From positions 1 to 64,000 of the forward strand of contig CANQQV010000001.1 of assembly GCA_947626095.1 (NCBI GenBank): a DNA stretch of 64,000 nt. The letters are read 5' to 3'. The position numbers and the translations under genes were made by a program. Within the stretch, counting starts at the first letter, position 1. Each line of letters starts with the position of its first letter. Below, piece by piece: positions 23,228 to 32,299 of the stretch. The DNA comes from an uncultured Bacilli bacterium. GTDB lineage: Bacteria > Bacillota_I > Bacilli_A > RF39 > UBA660. The notes below the pieces were generated by a model. It was not told where the DNA came from. It made no database searches and worked only from the letters and a program-made list of their open reading frames with translations.

Positions 23228-23807
23228 TTGAAAAAAATTATTGTTATTACAACGAGTCTTATACTCATTATTTTCTTAGGATTACTTATGATAAATAATA
23301 AAGATTCTAAGAACAATCTTACTAAAATTAAATTAGCAGAAGTCACCCATAGTATTTTCTATGCACCATTATATGTAGCTATCGAAAATAACTATTTCAA
23401 AGACGAAGGACTAGATATAGATCTAATTTTAACTAGTGGAGCTGATAAAGTAAGTGCTGCCGTTTTATCTAATACTATTGATATTGGCTTTGCTGGTCCA
23501 GAATCAGCTATCTATGTCTATAAAAATGGTGAAAAAGATTACTTAGTAACCTTCGCTGGTTTAACAAAAAGAGATGGTCAATTTATTGTATCCAGAAAAC
23601 CAATTGAAAATTTCACTATTGAAGATTTATATGGTAAAGAAATACTACCTGGTCGCCAAGGTGGCATGCCCATTTTAAACTTCTTAAACGGAGTTAAAAA
23701 CGCCAAAGGTGATATTTCTAAGATAAAAGTTAACTCTAGTATCGACTTTGCTTCTCTATCTGGTTCATTCATCTCTGGTGTTGGCGACTTTGTTAATCTA
23801 TTTGAAC
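23228..23807 (+). CDS. NitT/TauT-family ABC substrate-binding protein (YtlA-like), 5' part, interrupted by element 1
   Basis: SD AGGAGG, TTG start, signal anchor, EVTHSIFYAPLYVA, GPES, LTKRDGQF; family-like sequence stops at DFVNLFE. Confidence 0.92.
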
Positions 23808-23833
23808 TTAGTGTGTAGATAATCACTCACCTA

Positions 23834-24511
23834 TTAAATAGACTTTTTAGAAAATATTTTGTATGAAATATGATAAGATAGAAAATAAAATATAATATTT
23901 AAAACTAAACAAATAATTGGTGAATATTTAAATAGTAATTTTAAATCAACTATATTATATAAATTAGAAAATAATAATAAAATTAAGCTACATATTAATC
24001 CAAATACAAAGATAAGTAAAGCTGGTATTATAGTTGATTGCATTCTTCCTTTTTCAACACCCCATTTATATATACAAGGAATATCTGTACACATTAAAAA
24101 GGAAGAACTAGTAAAAGCAATAAAACAAATTCTTAGCGCATTTCCTAATCCACTTACATGTCCTCTTACTATAATAGTTATAATAAAGCTGATAATGATA
24201 CCACTTATAATAGATATAGCTGATGTAAAAAAAGTAAATAAATATTTAGCTATAACAATATCTTTTCTAGTTATGGTTAAAGATAATAAATAATCATCAG
24301 ATTCAGCATTCTCATCATAAGAAAAGGTCGAAATACTATTCATCCCAAAAAAGATTAAAAAGATTATACTACCTGCAGTAAAGACATCAATTTCAAAAGA
24401 AGCTATAGCAATTAAAATAATAACCATGATAAGACTAAAATAAATATTACTTTTATAGTTTTTAAAAACATATAAATCTTTTAACATTAAACCTTTTATC
24501 GTGTTCATCAT
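23834..24511 (-). CDS. ABC-2 transporter permease
   Basis: IKGLMLKD, TRKDIVIAKY, six TM segments. Confidence 0.85.
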   Translation of the reverse strand: MMNTIKGLMLKDLYVFKNYKSNIYFSLIMVIILIAIASFEIDVFTAGSIIFLIFFGMNSISTFSYDENAESDDYLLSLTITRKDIVIAKYLFTFFTSAISIISGIIISFIITIIVRGHVSGLGNALRICFIAFTSSSFLMCTDIPCIYKWGVEKGRMQSTIIPALLIFVFGLICSLILLLFSNLYNIVDLKLLFKYSPIICLVLNIIFYFLSYHISYKIFSKKSI

Positions 24512-25393
24512 TTATTCTCCTTTAACTAATAAAAGCATAACTTCTTCCAAAGTAGGTTTTCTTAACTTTATTTTTGGATAATTTTTACTAAATGAATTCT
24601 TATTATCAGTTAAAACTAAATACTCATTTTTATATTTTAAATATTTAATATAATCTTTTGCTTTTATTTCATGAAAATCATTAGGAGATATTTCAATTAA
24701 ACCATATTCTTCGTCAAGAATACTTTTAGCAATATCTAAAATAATATTACCATCATCTATAAAAATTATTTCATCAGCTAAATGTTCTAAATCACTAGTT
24801 ATATGAGTTGTTATTAAAATAGAATTCTCTTTATTACTGACAAACTTGCCAAAAATATCAATTATTTCATAACGAAATATTGGATCTAACCCATTAGTTG
24901 GTTCATCAAGAATTAATAATTGTGGTTCATGAGAAATAGCACATATGACTTTTATTTTCATTTTCATACCACTAGAAAATTCTTTGAGTGGTTTATTACA
25001 AGGTATTTTAAATTCTTTAATATAATCATAATATATCTTTTCATTCCAATTATGATAAAACTCTTTCATTAACTTATTTATATCATTAACATTTAAGATA
25101 GGCGAAAAGAAACTATTATCTAAAACAACACCTATTTTTTCTTTATCTGCCTTTGTTAAAGTATTTTGCTCTTTACCAAATATTTTTATCACACCTTGAT
25201 CATAATTTATCAGATTTAAAATAGCTTTAATCGTCGTAGTTTTACCACTACCATTTTTACCAATAAAACCAACTATCTTACCAGCTGGTACTTTAATATT
25301 TACTTTGTTTAAACTAAAATCAAGATACTTTTTAGTTAAATTTACAACTTCTAATTTATTTTTCATATCAATCATCCAATAAAAGTATAACAT
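24512..25393 (-). CDS. ABC transporter ATP-binding protein (exporter type)
   Basis: GKNGSGKTT, FSSGMKMK, LILDEPTNGLD; start probably the later MKNKLE ATG. Confidence 0.92.
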   Translation of the reverse strand: MLYFYWMIDMKNKLEVVNLTKKYLDFSLNKVNIKVPAGKIVGFIGKNGSGKTTTIKAILNLINYDQGVIKIFGKEQNTLTKADKEKIGVVLDNSFFSPILNVNDINKLMKEFYHNWNEKIYYDYIKEFKIPCNKPLKEFSSGMKMKIKVICAISHEPQLLILDEPTNGLDPIFRYEIIDIFGKFVSNKENSILITTHITSDLEHLADEIIFIDDGNIILDIAKSILDEEYGLIEISPNDFHEIKAKDYIKYLKYKNEYLVLTDNKNSFSKNYPKIKLRKPTLEEVMLLLVKGE

Positions 25394-25544
25394 GATATCA
25401 GTAATAAAAAAACACTAGCTTAGTTAGTGTTTTATGCTGAATCTAAACAAAAAAAGAATACATTTTTGTATTCTTTAAGTTAATTCAATGCTTTTTTCTT
25501 CTAACATCTTAGCTAGCAAGTAAGAAATTGAAATTGGAAACAAT

Positions 25545-25730
25545 TCATACTATATCTGTATCTTTTATTTCATCATATAATAAGACAACTGTTGCACAAT
25601 TTTAACTAGTCATTTGTTCAGCTCATGTAAGGGGTGTAGAACATATGGCATTCCAGCTTTATTGACTTAATTTTTTATGTTTTTCATCCATTATTTTAAT
25701 TACCATTTTAGCCATATCTGTATATATCAT
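25545..25730 (-). pseudogene. decayed HD-domain small alarmone hydrolase ((p)ppGpp/(p)ppApp hydrolase-like)
   Basis: Across two frameshifts and stops reads MIYTDMAKMVIKIMDEKHK / VNKAGMPYVLHPLH / AEQMTS*NCATVVLLYDEIKDTDI; ATG overlaps the upstream stop (ATGA). Confidence 0.8.
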
Positions 25731-26119
25731 AAATTCATCCCCTTATGCTGGTCCACGGCAGATACTGTTGGATAGTTATCTTCGAACTCTATTTCATCGA
25801 CTCTTAAATTTCCATATTCGAATTCAGTTATGAAAAAAGGGAATTCTATCCATGCCTTTTTTGTTTCATCAAACTTATAGCTAACATAATTATCATAATC
25901 AACTTTAAATATTGTATATGGTGGATGGGGAAGTTTATAGTATTTACATGAATTTTTAGACTCACTATCAAAGAAATGATAACTTTTAATTTTTTCTATA
26001 TATCCTGGTGAATTTACTTTTTCTTCATATTCTCTAATTGCCTCTATCACATCTTCTTTAGTTACTTCTTTTCCACCTGCTAATAATTTTGTTCCTTCAA
26101 CTTTTGTGTTATCCTTCAT
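25727..26119 (-). CDS. putative immunity protein
   Basis: 130-aa ORF with SD AGGAGG directly downstream of the toxin; role inferred from position. Confidence 0.6.
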   Translation of the reverse strand: MKDNTKVEGTKLLAGGKEVTKEDVIEAIREYEEKVNSPGYIEKIKSYHFFDSESKNSCKYYKLPHPPYTIFKVDYDNYVSYKFDETKKAWIEFPFFITEFEYGNLRVDEIEFEDNYPTVSAVDQHKGMNL

Positions 26120-26136
26120 TTTAATCCTCCTATTTA

Positions 26137-29100
26137 TTATGGACTAGGTACCATTTGCGTATAAACATATACTTTTCCTCCAATGTACTCAGATCCTAAT
26201 ATAATTTTTTTATTTCCTTCGCCAGCATTTAATAACCACTCTACCTCTGAATGATGTGAACTTATATCACCTACATATGCCCCTTTGGTTCCTGGTGGAC
26301 ATGATGTTACTTCAATAATTGGCGAAAACCTTGTAAATCCTTGGCCCAATACTGGCGTTGAACTGGCAAAGCCATTATCTCCTATTTCATAAACACCGCC
26401 ACCTAAAGCGTTTATAGCATCAGATAATTTCTTGCCAGTTAATTGAACACCGTTTGCATCTTTTAGTGCATCACTTACTGTTCCAGCGGCAAGCCAGCTA
26501 ATATCATCAATTCCTCTGTACATTAGTGTTGTTTCATTAAGGTCTGGAGCAGATTCTGATAGATATTTGTATAAAGCGCTAATTTGATCTATATATTCTT
26601 GTTTTATGTGTGAAAAATCTCCAGTTCTTAGTGCATTATTCAGTGCTGTATAATCATTACCAGTAAAAAGTTTCATTCCATCTCTTGCAATAGGATCAGC
26701 TCCCGTCCAAGCATTATAGCTATTTTTAAACACGGTCTCTTTACATACTCTATTCGCATTTTCCCATGAACCACTACCTGGACAAAAATCTGGATGAGCA
26801 CTTATAACGTCCTGTGTCGCATCCCTTGCTTTAATTCCTAATTTTGAATAAAAATCGTTAATCCTATCAGTTATTGCTTTTATTCCTGAAGACGAAGTCA
26901 TACTAACTGCAGTATCAGTAAATGGGAGAGTTTTTAAGTAATATTGAGCCAATGTTCCTCTGGCTGTTACAAATTGGATTGAATTTTCACCATATTTAGA
27001 AGCAATATTTTTCAAAATTTCATCAGCTTTTTTGCCATATTGTCTTAAAGCGGCTTCACTATCGATTACGGCATCGGCTGGTAAACCTGTTTTTTTATAT
27101 TTTATATATCCTTGAGGATATGAATCTATTTGAGCTTCATATGCGTGAACTTCTGGAGCATTAATACCAGCAATCAATTTTTTTGGCTTTGGTGGTTGAG
27201 AGACTTGTTTAATGTAATTATCCACAGCATTATTTAAGTCAGTCTTACTATGATAGGCAAAAGTAACATTGTCTGTGTTATAAATTGATTGGTTTAGTAC
27301 CATAATTTTTTCTGATAAACCTTTTATTTGCGGATCTACATTTGGATTTCTATAAAGTTCATACCAAGAATGATTTCTAAACTCTTTTACGTCAAATGAA
27401 GCTTGAGTGTGGAATTGTACTTCAAGATCTATACCTTCCGGACTAGTAAATGTAACATTTAATCCACTATATGATTTATTACTTCCCCAAGCATTATTCA
27501 TATATCTTATTTGATAGCCATTTTGTTTTATTTTTGCTATTTTCGACAAAACTATATCTTCATAATTACCAGAATCACAAATTAAAGTATATCTTAAACT
27601 ATCATTTACTTGATCTTCAGCAAAAGTAAGGTCACAATGCAAATTATTTACTAACCTGTATAACTTGCTTTCAATACTTCCTTGTGATTTAAATTTTGCA
27701 TTAAGACCAATTAAGTGAGCAGAATCATCTTGTAAACTTTCCATTAAACTAGTTACAGCTGGCTCTATTTGAACTGCTTTAGCTCCAATCTCTTGCGCTT
27801 TTTGTTGAATTGCAGCACGAAGATTTGGATCTATTTCATCCGCTTGTTTTAAACTATTTATATATTCATCTAAAGTCATTCCCTTTTTATGAATATTTTC
27901 CAATAAGTCTACTTGCAACTGATGTTGACGTTTAAGATCCATATTTTTTTGAGCCGCTAATGTATCAGATGGATCTATGCTATTTAATTGTTTTGTATAA
28001 CTATCTTGTAAATCCGCAAGTTCTTTAGCCATAGCTGCACTTTTATCTAATTCTTTTGCAGCATATTCAAATTGTCCTAGAATCTCATCTGATGTATCAA
28101 CTGTTCCTGCTGCCACTTGTTTTGGAACGGCGTTTGCTGAATCATCTATGACATCTGCAATTTGTTTTGTAGCTATACCTGCTGTCTCACCAGATACCAT
28201 TATGGCCGAGGTATCTGCGACTCCTATTGAAGTTGTTGCTTGTTTTGCAGTAGCAGCTGTTGTACCTGAAACTACTGACCTCGCTGAAACATCACCTAAT
28301 GCTTTTATCTTATCAGCTATCAACTTACCATAATGTGCTACATTGTATTCATATGTTCCAATAGTTATATCTGAAAAGCCTTTTGTTCCTCCGAAGTGGA
28401 ACTTTACTTCTTTATCAAGATCTTCAATTAATTGCATTGTTGTGGCATCAACAGAATCACTAGCTGATTTAAATGATAACGTACCATCCGTAGCAAATGG
28501 ATCTGCTACTTGTTGCGTCGCTGTTAAAGCTTTTCTTAATTCTGGTACTTCTGTTAAGAAGCTTATTGCTCCTGCACTTAAGGCCTGAGTTCCTACTGCT
28601 CCCCATCCACCATTATATTCAAATAATGCTTGATATTTTTCAGTAAATGATAATTCATCCCATGTCTTATCATTAACTTTTACGCCATTTTCATCATAAT
28701 TTACTAAATACATTATTTGATCTAAATTATTTTCTGTCGGATTATATAACATTTGCATTAATGGATTTATTAATGCTCCTGATCCGCCATCTACTGTATC
28801 TAATGCAACATGGGATCCGGTTGTTATGAGTTGTCCTTTAAATCCAGCTAAACCTGGAAATTTTAGTGCATTAATTTCTGCTCCTAGGAACATTTCTGCT
28901 CCTTCCCATAATCCCATTGCTGTTCCATATGTTAATCCATCTGATAATGTCGCCCCATCCGCCCATGCATTTTGCGTATTCTTACCAAAACCTGCTGTTG
29001 CTGCAATAACTCCTGATGTTATTGCTTGTTGTGTTATATTTACAGTTGCTACATTACCAACATTTAATGTTGCTAATACCCCTGCACTTGTTCCAGCAGT

Positions 29101-30168
29101 TGTTGCAGCACCAGTTCCAGCTGCTCCAGCTCCCGCGGCTGCTCCACCTATTCCACATGTAGCTAAAGTTAGTAATATTATTCCACCTATATATCCTACT
29201 CCATCAGCTATTTTATATGCTGCGCCTGTCGATTTAAATGGTTCATAAGAATTCTCATCTAACCATTGTCCAACAACATTGTTTTGATGAAATGAATCAA
29301 AAGCATCTGTTACATATTTAGTACTTACAAAATCCATTGTTCCTTGCCATGCTTTCTTTGTTACAGATTGCCAATCTTCATTTCCACTTATTTTTCCACC
29401 TAGCCATTGAATTCCATCGACTATTCCATATATCGGTGTTGCTGCTGCTTGACCTACTATTGATGCGGTATCCACCAAAGCTTCACCGAATTCTCCAACT
29501 CCTTGTACTAATGCTACTGCTGTATTAGCGATAGATGCTCCAGTCTTTTTTAAAGTTTCTATTGGATGCGTTACTGCGTTCCATGCTGACTTACCAACTT
29601 CTTGGGCTTTTCCTGTAATCCAGTTAAAAGCCGACTTTGCTTTGGTAGTTGCCTTTGCAGCTGTATTGCTTATCGCATCTCCTACATCATTTACTACTTT
29701 ACCAATTGTATTTTTAGCTGATTCAAAAAGGTTTGCAACAGCTGACGTCGCTTTGGTTACTACACTTGCCGTAGAATCTTTTATTTCGGAGTCATCCACT
29801 ATTGAATCGCTTACCTTATCTCCAATTAACGCTCCTATTCCTGCTCCTATAGGTCCTAATACCGATCCTAAAAGAGCTCCTTCTAATGTCCCTATTGCTT
29901 TTAAACCTGCGCTTGCTCGATTTTCTACTTTTCTAAAATCTTCAGCCGCTGACGCTATTTGGTCAGATGTTTCATGAATACTAAAATTAACATTATCAAT
30001 ATTAACAGTAATATCATGTAAATCTTTACATACATATAATGATATTAAAGGCTCGACATTATTATTAACTATATTTATATCATTTATTATTTGATTCATT
30101 ATAGGTTCTGTATTTGTTAAAGTGTCATACGCTTTATCATATGTTTCGGGATCCATTTTTATCGCCAT
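26137..30168 (-). CDS. polymorphic toxin (putative type VII substrate) with RelA/SpoT-like synthetase and C-terminal ADP-ribosyltransferase domains
   Basis: Helical N-terminus, Gly/Ala hydrophobic region, KSQGSIESK / DSLRY / YSGLN / EVQFHT, then YTALNNALR / YRG / FASST / EVE. Confidence 0.85.
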   Translation of the reverse strand: MAIKMDPETYDKAYDTLTNTEPIMNQIINDINIVNNNVEPLISLYVCKDLHDITVNIDNVNFSIHETSDQIASAAEDFRKVENRASAGLKAIGTLEGALLGSVLGPIGAGIGALIGDKVSDSIVDDSEIKDSTASVVTKATSAVANLFESAKNTIGKVVNDVGDAISNTAAKATTKAKSAFNWITGKAQEVGKSAWNAVTHPIETLKKTGASIANTAVALVQGVGEFGEALVDTASIVGQAAATPIYGIVDGIQWLGGKISGNEDWQSVTKKAWQGTMDFVSTKYVTDAFDSFHQNNVVGQWLDENSYEPFKSTGAAYKIADGVGYIGGIILLTLATCGIGGAAAGAGAAGTGAATTAGTSAGVLATLNVGNVATVNITQQAITSGVIAATAGFGKNTQNAWADGATLSDGLTYGTAMGLWEGAEMFLGAEINALKFPGLAGFKGQLITTGSHVALDTVDGGSGALINPLMQMLYNPTENNLDQIMYLVNYDENGVKVNDKTWDELSFTEKYQALFEYNGGWGAVGTQALSAGAISFLTEVPELRKALTATQQVADPFATDGTLSFKSASDSVDATTMQLIEDLDKEVKFHFGGTKGFSDITIGTYEYNVAHYGKLIADKIKALGDVSARSVVSGTTAATAKQATTSIGVADTSAIMVSGETAGIATKQIADVIDDSANAVPKQVAAGTVDTSDEILGQFEYAAKELDKSAAMAKELADLQDSYTKQLNSIDPSDTLAAQKNMDLKRQHQLQVDLLENIHKKGMTLDEYINSLKQADEIDPNLRAAIQQKAQEIGAKAVQIEPAVTSLMESLQDDSAHLIGLNAKFKSQGSIESKLYRLVNNLHCDLTFAEDQVNDSLRYTLICDSGNYEDIVLSKIAKIKQNGYQIRYMNNAWGSNKSYSGLNVTFTSPEGIDLEVQFHTQASFDVKEFRNHSWYELYRNPNVDPQIKGLSEKIMVLNQSIYNTDNVTFAYHSKTDLNNAVDNYIKQVSQPPKPKKLIAGINAPEVHAYEAQIDSYPQGYIKYKKTGLPADAVIDSEAALRQYGKKADEILKNIASKYGENSIQFVTARGTLAQYYLKTLPFTDTAVSMTSSSGIKAITDRINDFYSKLGIKARDATQDVISAHPDFCPGSGSWENANRVCKETVFKNSYNAWTGADPIARDGMKLFTGNDYTALNNALRTGDFSHIKQEYIDQISALYKYLSESAPDLNETTLMYRGIDDISWLAAGTVSDALKDANGVQLTGKKLSDAINALGGGVYEIGDNGFASSTPVLGQGFTRFSPIIEVTSCPPGTKGAYVGDISSHHSEVEWLLNAGEGNKKIILGSEYIGGKVYVYTQMVPSP

Positions 30169-30205
30169 TTAAAATCACTCACTTCTTAGCTTATTTAATT
30201 ATGAT

Positions 30206-30493
30206 TTAATTATTTTGACACTCTTGACGTCTCTTTAATTCTTTTTCCTGTTGATTTCTTATTTCCTGAGCTTTAGTTCTTATTGTATTAGATATTGCAT
30301 ATAATCGGTTTCGATATGTTTGTAATTTGTTTATATTATCAGAAATTTTTTTACTTATTTTTTTAGAACTGTTAGAACTATTTTTACTGATTTCTGATAA
30401 AGCTGTAATATAGTCATTTATTACTTCAGTTATTTCTTTAGCTGTTGTTTCTAATTTTGCTGCTAATTCATTTTCTCTACTAACGTTTATCAT
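30206..30493 (-). CDS. small helical protein, putative toxin secretion partner
   Basis: 95 aa, coiled-coil character, between WXG100 genes and toxin. Confidence 0.6.
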   Translation of the reverse strand: MINVSRENELAAKLETTAKEITEVINDYITALSEISKNSSNSSKKISKKISDNINKLQTYRNRLYAISNTIRTKAQEIRNQQEKELKRRQECQNN

Positions 30494-30567
30494 ACTTTCA
30501 CCTTACTTTATATTTTATACTATATTAATTATATAAAAAAAAAGCCATTTATTAAAGGCTTTTTTTA

Positions 30568-30861
30568 TTATACTTCTTCTACTTTTGATTTAGCTGTTGT
30601 TTCAAGTTTTTCATATGCAGGAGCTACAGTATCAGTAAGATATTTTGCACAATCTGTTATAGCTTGTTCAAATGCAGGTCCTCTTGATTTTATGTTATTA
30701 AATGCATCAACTATTTGGTTTGATGCATCAGAATGATAATTATCAGAAACTGAATTAATCAAATCGCCAAATTCTTCAAGTAATTCACCTACTTTTGATG
30801 CTGAGTTTTGTAAACTTGATGCTGCTAAATTACATTCTCCACTTGTAAATTTAAATGCCAT
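30568..30861 (-). CDS. WXG100-like protein (degenerate motif)
   Basis: 97 aa helical hairpin pattern, NYHSDAS at the WxG position, tandem with a WXG100 gene. Confidence 0.7.
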   Translation of the reverse strand: MAFKFTSGECNLAASSLQNSASKVGELLEEFGDLINSVSDNYHSDASNQIVDAFNNIKSRGPAFEQAITDCAKYLTDTVAPAYEKLETTAKSKVEEV

Positions 30862-30876
30862 TTCTTATTCCTCCTA

Positions 30877-31149
30877 CTATAATTCGCTTTCTAGATTTTG
30901 ATAATCTGTTCCAACTGCATTGATTAGTTCACCAAAGTCTCCCATTATTTTGGCAAATTTTTCAAAATCAGCTTTAAAACTTTCAACATTTTGTGTATAT
31001 CTAGTTGCTGACTCTCCGGTCCAACTATTTTTTAAATCATCTATTATTCCATATATGGTACTTATTTCTGTTTGAAATTCTGCTGCCTTTGCACTTATTT
31101 GAGAACCATCGGAAATTAATTTAGCTGGATCTTGGATTTCAATATTCAT
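30877..31149 (-). CDS. WXG100-family type VII secretion target
   Basis: 90 aa, central LKNSWTGESA, C-terminal YQNLE. Confidence 0.88.
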   Translation of the reverse strand: MNIEIQDPAKLISDGSQISAKAAEFQTEISTIYGIIDDLKNSWTGESATRYTQNVESFKADFEKFAKIMGDFGELINAVGTDYQNLESEL

Positions 31150-31309
31150 ATATCATCTTCCTTTTCTATCATTACTACCATTATAACATTAATTATTTTA
31201 TTAGTATAGTTACATGACACTTTTATTTACAACAATAACAAAATATCTTCGTAATACAAAAAGTTGTAAGATAATCTTACAACTTTTATTAATTATTTAT
31301 TTAGTAATA

Positions 31310-32299
31310 TCATAAGTTACAACCAACATCTTTATGATTTAAATCGCCAAATAATGCATAAGTTAAACATTTCAATCCACCCTTACAAAATTCAGCATAT
31401 TCACATTCCTTACAATCGTCTGGTATATCATCATCACGTAAACTTTTTAAAACAGAATTATTCATATATAACTGATACATATTTTCTTTTAATAAATTAC
31501 CTACTACAATTGGCATTCTTCTACAAGGAACTAAATCACCATTTTCTATAACAGTTAACAATGAAACCCCAGCTGTACAATGATACGGCAAATCATTCGT
31601 CATCTGAAATTGCAACGCTCTATACATAGCTATATTCGTTTGACTTTTTTTCAATTTTAAATTTTGTCTTTCTTTCTCCATTATTGCTAAAAATTCTCTT
31701 GTTTGTTCTAAACCCATAACAAAATCTTTATCATATTCTGTTCCTAAAGGTATAAATCTGTCAGACCAAACATTATCTACTTTATATTTTTCGGCATATT
31801 TTATTACTTTAGGAAATTCTTTATAATTAAGTCTTGTAACTGTAAAAGAAACAGAGACAAAAATATTATATTTTTTTAAACATTTTATTGCTTCTGAAAC
31901 CTTTTTATAGACACCTTTCCCACGAACATAATCATTAGTTTTTCTTCCACCTTCTAAACTAACTTGAACATATTCCGGATTATACTCACTTATTCGTTTT
32001 GCTATTTTATCATCAATCAACGTCCCATTAGTAAGAATTGAAAAACTATATAAGTCACTATCTTTTTTAAATTCATCTAAAATTTTAAAAAAGAAAGGAC
32101 AGCATAAAGGTTCTCCACCAGTTAGATTTATATGTCCTTTCATATTAAGTTTCTTCAAAAGTTCTCTATATTGATTAAGAATTATCAATAATTCTTCATA
32201 CTTTAATTGTATAGGTTTATGGTCTTTTTGGTAACAATGTTTACATTTTAAATTACATACTTCACTTAAATGCCACTGCAAAACAAATTTTTTTACCAA
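31310..32299 (-). CDS. radical SAM/SPASM domain protein
   Basis: CNLKCKHC, TGGEP, TNG, SPASM C..GDLVPC..CKEC..CKGG..C; start reassigned to TTG at 32299, 8 nt after GGAGGT. Confidence 0.92.
   Translation of the reverse strand: MVKKFVLQWHLSEVCNLKCKHCYQKDHKPIQLKYEELLIILNQYRELLKKLNMKGHINLTGGEPLCCPFFFKILDEFKKDSDLYSFSILTNGTLIDDKIAKRISEYNPEYVQVSLEGGRKTNDYVRGKGVYKKVSEAIKCLKKYNIFVSVSFTVTRLNYKEFPKVIKYAEKYKVDNVWSDRFIPLGTEYDKDFVMGLEQTREFLAIMEKERQNLKLKKSQTNIAMYRALQFQMTNDLPYHCTAGVSLLTVIENGDLVPCRRMPIVVGNLLKENMYQLYMNNSVLKSLRDDDIPDDCKECEYAEFCKGGLKCLTYALFGDLNHKDVGCNL

Noticed and set aside
28148-29977. Several plus-strand ORFs of 61-140 aa
   Set aside because: Antisense shadows of the GC-richer toxin gene, with no RBS or motifs
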